Notes under the pieces: generated by a model
Told to the model about the DNA's origin: nothing
Databases searched by the model: none
What the model saw: the letters and a program-made list of their open reading frames with translations, nothing else
NCBI GenBank assembly: GCA_963795085.1
Contig: CAWCFX010000006.1
Location: forward strand, 256,001-320,000
Direction of reading: 5' to 3'
Length of the DNA: 64,000 nt
Origin: an uncultured Gemmatimonadales bacterium
GTDB taxonomy: Bacteria > Gemmatimonadota > Gemmatimonadetes > Gemmatimonadales > GWC2-71-9
Program-made: the position numbers and the translations under genes
Shown here: in pieces, positions 40,790 to 50,395 of the stretch
Layout: every line of letters begins with the position of its first letter
How positions within the stretch are numbered: the first letter of the stretch is position 1

Positions 40790-41572
40790 GTGATTTACAT
40801 CTGTATACCGTGCTACAACGAAGCTCCGACCATCGGGCTGCTGTTGTGGAAAATTCGCCAGGTGTTCTCCCAGTTTCCCCGGGAGTACCAGATGGTGGTC
40901 GTCAACGACGGATCCACCGATTCCACCGGGGAAACCCTGGCGCCGTACACCCAGGTCCTCCCCCTGACCGTGGTGAATCACCGGGACCGGCTCGGCTATG
41001 CCGCGAGCGTGGAGGCCGCCCTCCGTCTGGCCGTAGAGCGGACGGACCGCCCCAAACGGGATTGCGCCATCCTCATGCAGGCGGACTTTTCGCACGGGGC
41101 GGAATTCCTGCCCGAACTGGTGAAGCAGATCGAAAGCGGGGCCGACCTGGTCGTGGCCCAGCCCCGGATCGAAGGAGAACCGTCGCGGGCGTTCCGCCTG
41201 GTGCGCCGCGCCGCGCCGCTCCTGCTCCGCCATGCGATCCGGGTCCCTGGCGTGAGCGATATTGTCTCGGGATTCGCCGCCTTCCGGCTGGTGATTCTCC
41301 GGAATGCCATTCGGGCCCAGCCCGGCCCGCTGCTGACGACCGACGGTTGGGCGGCTAACGCCGAGTTGCTGACCCGGGCGGCGCAGTCGGCCCGCCGGAT
41401 TGAGACCATACCGGCGATCGAACGGCGCGACATCCGTCCTCGGGCCAGCCGGCTGGCCCCCTGGGATGTCGCCCGCGAATTGTGGCGGGCCGGCCCTCGA
41501 CTCAAACAAGTGGCGCGGCGCTCACGGCCGATGATGGACCGTGCCGAGCGCCAGCCTGTGGAGATGATCTGA
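40790..41572 (+). CDS. Glycosyltransferase family 2 (DPM1-like)
   Basis: IPCYNEA, VNDGSTD and SGF. The DxD position reads QAD. Confidence 0.85.
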   Translation: MIYICIPCYNEAPTIGLLLWKIRQVFSQFPREYQMVVVNDGSTDSTGETLAPYTQVLPLTVVNHRDRLGYAASVEAALRLAVERTDRPKRDCAILMQADFSHGAEFLPELVKQIESGADLVVAQPRIEGEPSRAFRLVRRAAPLLLRHAIRVPGVSDIVSGFAAFRLVILRNAIRAQPGPLLTTDGWAANAELLTRAAQSARRIETIPAIERRDIRPRASRLAPWDVARELWRAGPRLKQVARRSRPMMDRAERQPVEMI

Positions 41573-42330
41573 TGATGCCACTGTATCTTGCCCTGGCGCT
41601 GGCCCAGGTCCCGGCGATGCCGGTACCGGCTTCCGCGCCCCCCGCTTATCCCTTCGCCGTCGGAGAAACATTCGAGTACACCGGCAAGCTGGGGATGCTC
41701 AACCTGGGCACCGCCTCCATGTCGGTGGTCCGGCTGGACACCATTCGCGGGGTCGAGAGCTTCGTGTTCCGCTTTCAGCTCCAGGCCAGCACCATCGTCT
41801 ACAAAATGGACGATGTCATGCACTCCTGGACCGGAACCCAGGACATGATCTCCCGCCGGTTCCACCAGGATTTCGTGGAGGGAGGCAAGGTTCGGCGCCG
41901 CTATTACGAAATTTTCCCCGACTCGGGCTTCTTCCGGGAGCGGGAGCGCAAGGAGCAGGCGCCCACTGCGGCTGAACCGCTGGACGATGCGGCGTTCTTC
42001 TATTTTATCCGCACGCCGCCGCTGGAAGTCGGAAAGACCTACGTCTTCCAGCGCTACTTCAAGAAGGACAAGAACCCCGTCACTATCCGGGTCGTCAAGC
42101 GGGAGGGGTGTGAATTGCCCGACGGCAGCAAGCTGCAATGCCTGGTTCTCCACCCGGTCATCACCGCGGACCGCAATGGCATGTTCGCGCCCCGGGCGGA
42201 CGCCCGGATCTGGCTGACGGACGACAGCCGACGCATCCCGGTCCAGATCCGCTCCAAGCTCGGCTTCGGCACCGTGACGCTCAAGATCAATCGGATGGTG
42301 CTGCCAACCGGATCGGCCCGCGGTAACTGA
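41572..42330 (+). CDS. DUF3108 domain protein
   Basis: PFAVGETFEY, IWLTDD.RRIPVQI and FGTVTL. Confidence 0.8.
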   Translation: MMPLYLALALAQVPAMPVPASAPPAYPFAVGETFEYTGKLGMLNLGTASMSVVRLDTIRGVESFVFRFQLQASTIVYKMDDVMHSWTGTQDMISRRFHQDFVEGGKVRRRYYEIFPDSGFFRERERKEQAPTAAEPLDDAAFFYFIRTPPLEVGKTYVFQRYFKKDKNPVTIRVVKREGCELPDGSKLQCLVLHPVITADRNGMFAPRADARIWLTDDSRRIPVQIRSKLGFGTVTLKINRMVLPTGSARGN

Positions 42331-42333
42331 CCG

Positions 42334-43299
42334 GTGCCCTACCGCGAGGCGGACCTGAGCCGGCTCACGACCGTTCCCATTGCCGGCCGGGCCAACAAGG
42401 TGAGCGAGCGGTTCCTGGCCGGTATTCCCGGCGAGGACCGCTCGTTTCACGCTTTCCTGGAGAGCCTGCCGGATGTGCTGGCGGCGAGAGACCTCCGCAC
42501 CATCATCAATCACATCGTGGCGGGCCGCCGTCACCAGCGGGGTGTCGTGCTGCTGCTGGGCGGCCATGTCATCAAAGTGGGACTGGGCCCGCTGCTCCTG
42601 GAATGGCTCCGCCGGGGAGTAGTTACCCATGTCGCGATGAACGGGGCCGCGGCCATTCATGACTTTGAACTGGCCGCCTTTGGCGGCACCAGCGAGGACG
42701 TGGCCGAGGGGTTGGCCGACGGGACCTTCGGCATGGCGGAGGAAACCGGCGCGGAGATGAACGCCGCGATCGCCGAGGCCGCGGCGAAGCAGCTGGGAAT
42801 GGGCCAGGGACTGGCGCTGCACCTGGCCCGGCGCAGCGGGAACGCGGGCCCATCGCACTCCCTTCTCCTCGGCTGTCTCGAGCATGACGTTCCGGTCACC
42901 GTGCATCCGGCTATCGGCGCGGAGATCATCCACCAGCACCCCACGTCCGATGGGGCGGCGCTGGGCGCCACCGCCCAGCGGGATTTCCGGCGCCTGGCCG
43001 GCAGCTTGCCACGGCTGGACCAGGGCGGGAGTGCGCTCAACTTTGGCAGTGCGGTCGTCATGCCCGAGGTGTTTCTCAAGGCCCTGACGATCGCCCGCAA
43101 CCTGGACGGGGGAAAGCCTACCCACTTCCTGGCCGCGGACCTGGATATGCAGCGGCACTACCGTCCCCGCGTCAATGTCGTCGAGCGGCCCACCGCGGGG
43201 GGAGGGACCGGCATCCAGCTCACCGGCCACCATGAGTTACTGATCCCGCTCCTGGTCTGGGGCGTGCTCGACCGGCTCGACGCGAACCAATCCTCATAG
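42334..43299 (+). CDS. Deoxyhypusine-synthase-like fold hypothetical protein
   Basis: GGHVIKVG, AMNGAAAIHDFE, G.FGMAEETG, GSAVVMPEVFLKA and GHHEL. Confidence 0.65.
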   Translation: MPYREADLSRLTTVPIAGRANKVSERFLAGIPGEDRSFHAFLESLPDVLAARDLRTIINHIVAGRRHQRGVVLLLGGHVIKVGLGPLLLEWLRRGVVTHVAMNGAAAIHDFELAAFGGTSEDVAEGLADGTFGMAEETGAEMNAAIAEAAAKQLGMGQGLALHLARRSGNAGPSHSLLLGCLEHDVPVTVHPAIGAEIIHQHPTSDGAALGATAQRDFRRLAGSLPRLDQGGSALNFGSAVVMPEVFLKALTIARNLDGGKPTHFLAADLDMQRHYRPRVNVVERPTAGGGTGIQLTGHHELLIPLLVWGVLDRLDANQSS

Positions 43300-43308
43300 C
43301 CGGAGGCG

Positions 43309-43761
43309 ATGGAGATGGCGCAGGGGGGATGGATGGCCGTGGCGTGTGCGGGACTGGCATGGTCGCTCGGCGCCTGCGCGGGGCGGCCCTCCCCACTCAC
43401 GACCGGGCCGGCCGGTGCCGATTTCCAGGAGGGCGCCGTGATGGCCGTGGTCACCAGCGCGTTGACCGGAGAGGCGGCGGGGCAACGGAACGACACCCTG
43501 TACGCGCCCGGTCCGCGGATCGTGGTCAATGGACGAGACCAGCCGACCGGCTACCGGTTCGCCGGGGTCGGGGCCGGCGGCCAGGTGGTCGTCACCTACA
43601 GCCAGTTGGAGATTCGAGCCGCCAGCAGTTGGGGCCTCGTGGTTTACCGGTGGGAGTCGCCGGAGGGCGTGACCCAGGAAGGGCAGGCGACTTTCGTCCT
43701 CACCATGGTTGCGCCGGGCCGCTGGCAGATTCAGCACATCCATAGTTCCTCGCCGCAATAA
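43309..43761 (+). CDS. NTF2/SnoaL-like lipoprotein
   Basis: Lipobox LGAC and C-terminal ATFVL....GRWQIQHIHSS. Confidence 0.65.
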   Translation: MEMAQGGWMAVACAGLAWSLGACAGRPSPLTTGPAGADFQEGAVMAVVTSALTGEAAGQRNDTLYAPGPRIVVNGRDQPTGYRFAGVGAGGQVVVTYSQLEIRAASSWGLVVYRWESPEGVTQEGQATFVLTMVAPGRWQIQHIHSSSPQ

Positions 43762-43791
43762 AAAACCGGGGCGGCGAACCACCCCGGTTTT
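43762..43791. terminator. Bidirectional intrinsic terminator
   Basis: AAAACCGGGGCGG-cgaa-CCACCCCGGTTTT between convergent genes. Confidence 0.8.
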
Positions 43792-43815
43792 CATCCGGTG
43801 GCACGGGCGCCGGAC

Positions 43816-44028
43816 TCAGCCGCCCGTCCTTCCGGTGACCACCTCGCGGATCCGGCCCGCGGTGGCCGGGCTCAGGATCTTGATGACCAGGTAGAAGACG
43901 AAGCCGATCGCAGCCCAGATCAGGAGCTGCACGAGAATGTGCACGGCGAAGCCGAGAATTCCGAAGAGCAGCCTCAGTGCGAAGATGCCCACCACCGCCA
44001 AGATGGCGAACCCGATCAAGCTGCGCAT
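43816..44028 (-). CDS. Small two-TM membrane protein
   Basis: 70-aa hydrophobic ORF preceded by a GGAGG RBS. Confidence 0.7.
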   Translation of the reverse strand: MRSLIGFAILAVVGIFALRLLFGILGFAVHILVQLLIWAAIGFVFYLVIKILSPATAGRIREVVTGRTGG

Positions 44029-44101
44029 GCTATTTTCCTCCTGATTGTGAGCGATACCGGGACTACGACCTGACGTTTCAAATAGTTTCGTAGGATTCTA
44101 A

Positions 44102-45208
44102 TTGACTATCAATTCAGAGGTTATCGTCATCGGAGGCGGAGCGGTTGGGGCCGCTTGTGCCCGCGAACTTGCCCGTTCTGGGCGAGAGGTGCTGGTGCTC
44201 GAACGAGGCACCGACCAGGGCGCGGCATGGCGCGCCGCCGCTGGCATGCTGGCACCGCAGATCGAGGCGGGGGAAGACGACCCGTTATTCGAATTCGGGC
44301 TGGCGGGGCGGGAGCGGTACGGGGAGCTGGCGAATGCGCTCCGGGAAACGACCGGCATCGACATCCAGTTCTGGCAGGAAGGCATCGCCCGGCTGGCGGT
44401 AAGCGAGGGCGAGGTGACGGAGCTCAAGTCGCGGGTGGCGTGGCAGCGGCAGCAGGGCCACCTGTCGGATTGGTTCGACGCCGACGAAGTGAAGTCCCGG
44501 TGGCCCTGGCTCGGCCCCAGCCATGGCGCGCTCTGGGCGGCGCGGGAGGCGGCACTGCATCCGGCGAACCTGGTCGGCGCCCTTCTCAAGGACGCGACCC
44601 TCGCCGGCGCCACCATCCGGACCGAGTCGGTGACCGCCGTTGAGCGGCGCGGTGACCGGGTCACCGGTGTGACCGGCCGGGAGACGCGCTACGGCGCCGA
44701 GCAGGTGGTGATCGCGGCGGGTGCCTGGGCCGCGGGACTGGAAGGATTGCCGCGCCCACTGCCCATCGTTCCGGTCCGGGGGCAGATGGCCTCGTTTCCC
44801 TGGCCCGAGGGCATCGAGCGTGGCATCGTGTATGGCGGGCACACCTACCTGGTGGCCCGGGGCAATGAGGCGGTGGCGGGATCGACCATGGAACACGCCG
44901 GGTTCGACTCCGAGGTAACCGCGTCGGGCCTGGCATCGATCTTCACGGGAGCCGCCGCCCTCTGTCCGGCGCTCGCGGGGCTGGAAGTCACCCGCACCTG
45001 GGCCGGACTCCGCCCGGTGTCCCCCGATGGCCGGCCGATTGTCGGAGCGGAGCCGCTGCTGCCAGGTCTGTGGTACGCCACGGGCCATGGCCGAAACGGG
45101 ATTCTCCTCGCCGCCATTACCGGCCAGCTGGTGAGCCGGCTGGTCAACGGGGAGGAACAGGAAGAGGACCTCCGGGTAATGCGGCCGGATCGCTTCTTCA
45201 ACTGGTAG
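44102..45208 (+). CDS. thiO: Glycine oxidase ThiO (DAO family FAD oxidoreductase)
   Basis: GGGAVG, AAAGML, PVRGQ, WAGLRP and GHGRNGILLA. Confidence 0.85.
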   Translation: MTINSEVIVIGGGAVGAACARELARSGREVLVLERGTDQGAAWRAAAGMLAPQIEAGEDDPLFEFGLAGRERYGELANALRETTGIDIQFWQEGIARLAVSEGEVTELKSRVAWQRQQGHLSDWFDADEVKSRWPWLGPSHGALWAAREAALHPANLVGALLKDATLAGATIRTESVTAVERRGDRVTGVTGRETRYGAEQVVIAAGAWAAGLEGLPRPLPIVPVRGQMASFPWPEGIERGIVYGGHTYLVARGNEAVAGSTMEHAGFDSEVTASGLASIFTGAAALCPALAGLEVTRTWAGLRPVSPDGRPIVGAEPLLPGLWYATGHGRNGILLAAITGQLVSRLVNGEEQEEDLRVMRPDRFFNW

Positions 45209-45279
45209 CGGCCTCCGGGTCTATCGGCTTATCTTGACAGCACTCCCACAGACTGGCCTATCCTCGAAATCCCGGACGA

Positions 45280-45492
45280 ATGACGGTTGCCAACAAGATT
45301 CTCCTGCGTCGCTGTGCCACCTGCGAGATCCACTACGAACATGGCGAAGGCGGAACCTGCCTGACCTGCGGCCGGGTCTTCTGTGCCCGCCATCTGTACG
45401 GTCCGGTCGCCCGCCTGTTGCGTTTCCTTCGGAGTCCGCGGCCGGTGTGCGGCGAGTGCCGCCGCTCCGGCCCGGCCCAACCAGCCGCCTAG
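45280..45492 (+). CDS. Small Cys-rich zinc-finger-like protein
   Basis: CATC...CLTCGRVFCARH...CGEC in 70 aa. Confidence 0.6.
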   Translation: MTVANKILLRRCATCEIHYEHGEGGTCLTCGRVFCARHLYGPVARLLRFLRSPRPVCGECRRSGPAQPAA

Positions 45493-45516
45493 GGTTTCTT
45501 TCACGCGCGAGGGCAT

Positions 45517-45915
45517 GTGGTTCCATCGCCGGTCCGGGTTCGCCTGATATCACGGCCGGGCCTTGACCGTTATGCCGGCCCCAGCGGACGAGATCTCCTG
45601 CTGGCCCGCTGGCTTCCCCTCATGGTCCCCCTGGTGCTCCGCGGCATCGCGGCCCTGGGGCTCAAGTTCTCCCCCCTGCTCTACCTGCTGGCCGCCGCTA
45701 CCCTGTTCCTCAGCGCCCGGACCTGGCTCCGAATCGGGAGCGGCCTCTTCCTGCTGGTCCTGCTGCAACTGGCGGCCTCCGGGGTCGCCACGCTGCTCCT
45801 CGCCGTCAATGTTCTCGAGCCACGCGACTGGCTGCTGGTGACGGCGGCGACGGCCCTGATGGCCGGGTATGTGGCCTGGAGCTTCAACCTGCTCGCCAGT
45901 TTCCTGCCCCGGTAA
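45517..45915 (+). CDS. Hypothetical membrane protein
   Basis: About four hydrophobic segments. The start codon is uncertain. Confidence 0.55.
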   Translation: MVPSPVRVRLISRPGLDRYAGPSGRDLLLARWLPLMVPLVLRGIAALGLKFSPLLYLLAAATLFLSARTWLRIGSGLFLLVLLQLAASGVATLLLAVNVLEPRDWLLVTAATALMAGYVAWSFNLLASFLPR

Positions 45916-45971
45916 CCCGCCCGCGCTCCTGTACGACCGGCACCGCCCGCCGGATCTCCTCACTTTCCACG

Positions 45972-45997
45972 CAATCCGCTGCTCCCTCCCGCGCGTA
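45972..45997 (+). promoter_or_regulatory. Putative ECF sigma promoter of the DUF4331 operon
   Basis: CAATCC-N16-CGTA, about 50 bp upstream of ATG 46049. It resembles the ATCC/CGTA promoters associated with SigK/RskA-type ECF factors. Confidence 0.5.
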
Positions 45998-46048
45998 CAA
46001 CGGGCGAAGGTTCACGATTCCCCAGTACGCACCGAGGAGAAGAACATC

Positions 46049-46780
46049 ATGCAATGGAGAACCCTTTCGCGGTCGAGGAAATTGACCGCGGTTGCTGCCG
46101 CCCTGGTCCTGGCGGCCGGTACCGCCACCGTGGCCATCGGCTCCGACCACCAGGATATCCCCGAAGTCGAGCTTAATCCCAAGATGGACATGACAGATGT
46201 CTACGCGTTTCCGGGCAGCGGCTCCGACCGGATCACGCTGGTCATGAACAGCCGGGCCTTCCTGACCCCGGCGCAGACGCCGGGCGCGTCGTTCGACCAG
46301 GACCTGCTCTACCAGTTCAAGATCGACAATGACGGCGATGCCGTCGAAGACAAGGTGATCCAGGTGGTCTTTACCGGCACCGGCGCCAACCAGGTGGTGC
46401 GCGTGTACGGCCCCATCGATCCCCCGGTGGCGGGCGCGATGATGAATACGGTGGCCGACCAGGCGCCGACGCTCAGCGGTCCGATCAACACGGTCCTCGG
46501 CTCCGCCGGCGGCATGCAGGTGTTTGCCGGCCCCCGGGACGATCCTTTCTTCATCGACCTGGAAGCGGCGTTCTGCATCCTGCCGGACCGTCGGCCGGTG
46601 ACGGGCCCGCTGTCACAGCCCTGCCAGCTCGGGAGCGGTGCCGCCTTCCGGGCGCCGGGCGCCGCCCAGAACTATGTGGCCGGGTTCAACGTGCTCTCGC
46701 TGGTCATCGAGCTGCCGGAGTCCCGCCTCACCGCGGGCGGCAACGCCAAGGTCGGCATCTGGGGCACCATCAGCCGCTGA
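46049..46780 (+). CDS. DUF4331 family protein (N-terminal-half type), secreted
   Basis: GAGGAG RBS and a signal peptide followed by SDH. DMTDVYAF, YQFKIDNDGD and FAGPRDDPFFIDL. Confidence 0.85.
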   Translation: MQWRTLSRSRKLTAVAAALVLAAGTATVAIGSDHQDIPEVELNPKMDMTDVYAFPGSGSDRITLVMNSRAFLTPAQTPGASFDQDLLYQFKIDNDGDAVEDKVIQVVFTGTGANQVVRVYGPIDPPVAGAMMNTVADQAPTLSGPINTVLGSAGGMQVFAGPRDDPFFIDLEAAFCILPDRRPVTGPLSQPCQLGSGAAFRAPGAAQNYVAGFNVLSLVIELPESRLTAGGNAKVGIWGTISR

Positions 46781-46833
46781 GTCTATTTCACCGGGCCTCG
46801 GGGCCCGAACCATCTATCAGGGAGTTTGACACC

Positions 46834-47418
46834 ATGCGATTCACTCAATACATCCGCCGGTGGGCCGTGCTGCCGCTCGCCCTGGGCGTTGTCGCCCTGG
46901 CCGGCTGCAGTGACGATGAGAACGACAACGGCGGCAACGGACCCGGCCAGGTCCGCGCCTACAATCAGGTGCAGCGGCTGGGCAACCCGCTCCTCAGCGA
47001 AGTGCTGCTGGCCAAGCGCAGTCACCCGACGCATGCCACGATCGGGCCGGCCAGTGACGCCAGCCTGATCGCGGCCGAAGTGCTGTCGTTCATCACCGGC
47101 CCCGGCAGCGTGGCCAACCGGGATCCCAACTACGCCGCCGTGCTGGGCAGCGTGCTGATTCCGGATATGCTGATCGTGCAAACCGACATGGATCCATCCA
47201 ATGCCGGCTGGCTCACGTGGCTCAACCTGGCGCCGTTCACCAACGGCTACGGCGGCCGGCTGCTGGGCGACGACGTCGTCGACCTGGCCCTGCTGGCGGT
47301 GTTCGGCGATCCGTTCGGCGCCGATCCGGGCAACACCACCCCGAGTCTCACGACCGACAACGTGGCCAACGATTCGCAGTTCCTGACCGTGTTTCCCTAT
47401 GTCGGGACTCCGAACTAA
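46834..47418 (+). CDS. DUF4331 family lipoprotein (C-terminal-half type)
   Basis: Lipobox LAGC, QVQRLGNPLLSE, GGRLLGDDVVD and FPYVGTPN. Confidence 0.8.
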   Translation: MRFTQYIRRWAVLPLALGVVALAGCSDDENDNGGNGPGQVRAYNQVQRLGNPLLSEVLLAKRSHPTHATIGPASDASLIAAEVLSFITGPGSVANRDPNYAAVLGSVLIPDMLIVQTDMDPSNAGWLTWLNLAPFTNGYGGRLLGDDVVDLALLAVFGDPFGADPGNTTPSLTTDNVANDSQFLTVFPYVGTPN

Positions 47419-48601
47419 CTACCGCGCCATCCTGGCTTCGGGCGCCGCGCTGGTCATGGCGGCGACCCTGGCCGGATGCCGTCCCGGGCACGGGGATCCG
47501 GAACCCGGCTTGGCGGGGGACCGGGTCCGCGACCTCGACATCGAATTTTTTGAGGCGCGGGTCGCTCGGGATCCCGAAGGCGCGCTCGACCGGGCCCGGC
47601 TGGGCGGGCTGTACCTGCAGCGATCCCGCGAAACCGGCAGCTTCGACGACCTGGTCCGGGCGGAGGCGATCGCCCGCCAGTCCTTCGGGCTCCGGACCCG
47701 CAAGAACGGGGTCGCCCTCCACGTGCTGGCCTCGTCCCTCCTGGGCCAGCATCGCTACCAGGAAGCCCTCGCCGAGGCCACCGTGCTCACGGCGGACGAT
47801 CCCGGCAACCTGTCGTACCGGGCCCTCCGGGGCGAGATCGAAATGGAGATGGGCCGCTATGCGGCCGCCGAATCCACCTTTGCCGCCCTGGGAGGATGGA
47901 GACGGAACCTGACGGTGGCGCCCCGGCTGGCACGGTGGGAGGAGATCCACGGCAACGTAAACGGCGCTCGGGTCCTGATCGACCAGGCGCGGGCCGATGC
48001 CCTGACCCAGGTCAACATGCCGAAGGAACAGAAAGCGTGGTTCCATCTACGGGTCGGCGATCTCGCGTTTCGGTACGGACGGGCGAAGGATGCGGAACGG
48101 GCCTGGCGAGCCGGTCTCGAACTCGCGCCCACCGACCACCGGCTCCTGTCTGCGCTGGCCCGGCTGGCCCTGTCCCGGCACCAGTGGCGCCGGGCGGCCG
48201 AGTATGGCGAAACCGCCATCGCTCAGTCGCTGGACCCGGCAACCCTCGGCCTGCTGGCCGACGCATATGAGGGCATGGGTGACCGGGCTCGAGCGGACGA
48301 GTACTTCAGGACTATGGAGCTGGTCGCGTTGAGCCAGCCGGGAGCATACCACCGGGCCTGGTCGCTCTTCCTGCTGGATCACGACCGCGAGGTGGCGCGG
48401 GTGCTCGAGAATGTCCAGGCTGAGATGGTGGAGCGATCCGACATCTACGGCTACGACCTCCTGGCCTGGGCCTACCATAAGAATGGCCGCAGCTGCGAGG
48501 CCCGGGACGCGATGGCCCGGGCCCTGGTGTTGGGGACCCGGGAGCCGGCGATCCTGGCGCACGCCGATGCCATTGGAACGGAACCATGCCGGAACTCCTA
48601 G
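47399..48601 (+). CDS. Tetratricopeptide repeat lipoprotein
   Basis: Lipobox LAGC and repeated TPR-like helices (YDLLAWAYHKNG..EAR). Confidence 0.85.
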   Translation: MSGLRTNYRAILASGAALVMAATLAGCRPGHGDPEPGLAGDRVRDLDIEFFEARVARDPEGALDRARLGGLYLQRSRETGSFDDLVRAEAIARQSFGLRTRKNGVALHVLASSLLGQHRYQEALAEATVLTADDPGNLSYRALRGEIEMEMGRYAAAESTFAALGGWRRNLTVAPRLARWEEIHGNVNGARVLIDQARADALTQVNMPKEQKAWFHLRVGDLAFRYGRAKDAERAWRAGLELAPTDHRLLSALARLALSRHQWRRAAEYGETAIAQSLDPATLGLLADAYEGMGDRARADEYFRTMELVALSQPGAYHRAWSLFLLDHDREVARVLENVQAEMVERSDIYGYDLLAWAYHKNGRSCEARDAMARALVLGTREPAILAHADAIGTEPCRNS

Positions 48602-49185
48602 CCTACGCCGCTCTGGGCTTTCGCCATATCGCCGATCTCGGCGCCGGGGATCACATCCTTTTCCTCCTGGCCCTGGCGGCAGTGTACCGGCTGGCCAGCT
48701 GGCGGTCTGCGGCCTGGGTGATCACCGCCTTTACCGCCGGGCATTCCCTGACGCTGGCGCTGGCGGTCACCGGGGCAGTGGCGTTCCCGACACCGCTCAT
48801 CGAGTTCCTGATTCCCGTCACCATCGTGGTGACCTGCCTGGAGAACCTGCGGGGCCTGCGGCGGGGTGAAACGTCCGGCCGGGTTCCGCTCCGGGCCGGG
48901 CTGGCACTGGCGTTCGGCCTGGTGCATGGAGCCGGGTTCGCGAACTACCTCAAGTCCATGTTCGTGGACCGGGTCGCGGTGCCACTGCTGGGCTTCAACC
49001 TGGGCATCGAAGCGGGACAGTTGGCAATCCTGGTCGTGGCGGGCATCCTCTTCGTCATGGCCGACCGGCTGCTGGGCCAGCTACCGCTTGACCGCCTGCA
49101 TCCGTACCGGATCCGGGTGGCGGCTACCTCGGCCGCAGTGGCGGTGCTGGCGACCCGCATGGCGGTGGAGCGCAGCCTGTGGTAG
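48586..49185 (+). CDS. HupE/UreJ family membrane protein
   Basis: GFRHI, DHILFLLAL, AFTAGHSLTL, FGLVHGAGFA and FNLGIEAGQ. Confidence 0.9.
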   Translation: MPELLAYAALGFRHIADLGAGDHILFLLALAAVYRLASWRSAAWVITAFTAGHSLTLALAVTGAVAFPTPLIEFLIPVTIVVTCLENLRGLRRGETSGRVPLRAGLALAFGLVHGAGFANYLKSMFVDRVAVPLLGFNLGIEAGQLAILVVAGILFVMADRLLGQLPLDRLHPYRIRVAATSAAVAVLATRMAVERSLW

Positions 49186-49673
49186 TCCGGCGGCGCTCGC
49201 GGCGATGGTGGTGGGCCGGCGGAGCGCTGTTGCTCTCCGCCGCCGCCCCCGCGCCGGCGGTCCACCCCATCCACACCACCCTCACGGAGGTGGTACAACA
49301 GGGCTCGCCGGGAACCGTGACGGTCACCATCCGGGGCTTCGCCGACGACCTGGAGAGCGCGGCCCGGGTGGAGACGCCGTCGGGACCGCTCGACAGCGCG
49401 ATCGTGCGCTACCTCGCGCGCCAGGTCGCCCTGGTGGACGGGCGGGGGCAGCGGTTGTCGTTGCGGCTGACCGGGCGCCGCCAGAACACCGAGGTGCTCT
49501 GGTACACGTTCACCAGTCCCGCTCCCGCGGAGTTGCGGGGCGGGAGCGTCAGCCATCGTGCGTTGACCGAACTCCATACGGACCAGGTCAACCTGGTCCG
49601 CGTGACGATCGGCGGGAAGACCCGGACGCTGCTGTTCGCACCGGGAGACGGGGCCAAGCGGATCGGGGCGTGA
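49179..49673 (+). CDS. DUF6702-like secreted protein
   Basis: Signal peptide, then HPIHTTLTEV, FADDLE and LTELHTDQVNLV. Confidence 0.7.
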   Translation: MVVRRRSRRWWWAGGALLLSAAAPAPAVHPIHTTLTEVVQQGSPGTVTVTIRGFADDLESAARVETPSGPLDSAIVRYLARQVALVDGRGQRLSLRLTGRRQNTEVLWYTFTSPAPAELRGGSVSHRALTELHTDQVNLVRVTIGGKTRTLLFAPGDGAKRIGA

Positions 49674-49789
49674 TGGATCCGGTCGCGAGGCAGGCTTGTG
49701 AACTCTCGCCATCAAGGTATAGACTCTTGGCTGCTGCTCGGCTGTTTGAATCTCGCCTCTTGCCTGGAGCTCCTGCCTCCGGATGGTTC

Positions 49790-50395
49790 ATGACCCGGCC
49801 CCCCGAGACTGACGCGCCCGCCTCCGACGCGCATCTTCTCAGCCGCACGGCTGAGGGAGACGAATCCGCGGTGGCTGAGCTGTACGATCGCTATGGCGGA
49901 GTCGTCTATGCGGTGGTATACCGGATCGTGGGCCAGAAGGCGGACGCCGAAGAGGTCGTCATGGAAGCGTTTGCGCAGGTGTGGCGGGACGCGCGGCGAT
50001 TCGAGGGCGCTCGCGGGTCAGCGGCCGCATGGCTCACGATGATCAGCCGCAGCCGGGCGCTTGACCACGTACGCTCACGCGACCGGCGGGAGCGGCTGAA
50101 TACCTCGGCCGCGCGGGAGGCACCGGCCGGATCGCCCACCACGGGGCACTGGGGCGGTGACCCCGGCTACCAGGTCGAGCAGAACGAGCGGCAGCGCCGG
50201 GTAGCCGAGGCACTGGGTGCACTGGCGCCCGCGCAGCGGCAGGCGATCGAGCTGGCATATTTCGAGGGATTGTCCCAGTCGGAGATCGCCGAGCGGCTGA
50301 ACGAACCGCTGGGCACCATCAAGACCCGGGTCAGGCTGGGCATGTTGAAGCTGCGGGACGCGTTGCGACCCTACTACTACGAGCCGGCGGTATGA
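49790..50395 (+). CDS. ECF RNA polymerase sigma-70 factor (SigK-like)
   Basis: GDESAVAELYDRY, DAEEVVMEAF, AWLTMISRSRALD and LAYFEGLSQSEIA...PLGTIKTRVR. Confidence 0.93.
   Translation: MTRPPETDAPASDAHLLSRTAEGDESAVAELYDRYGGVVYAVVYRIVGQKADAEEVVMEAFAQVWRDARRFEGARGSAAAWLTMISRSRALDHVRSRDRRERLNTSAAREAPAGSPTTGHWGGDPGYQVEQNERQRRVAEALGALAPAQRQAIELAYFEGLSQSEIAERLNEPLGTIKTRVRLGMLKLRDALRPYYYEPAV

Noticed and set aside
40996..43233. 745-aa minus-strand ORF
   Set aside because: It is antisense to three motif-supported plus-strand genes.
48866..49789. Apparent 300-aa N-terminal extension of the ECF sigma factor
   Set aside because: It overlaps HupE/UreJ and DUF6702 in other frames, and sigma homology starts only near 49790.
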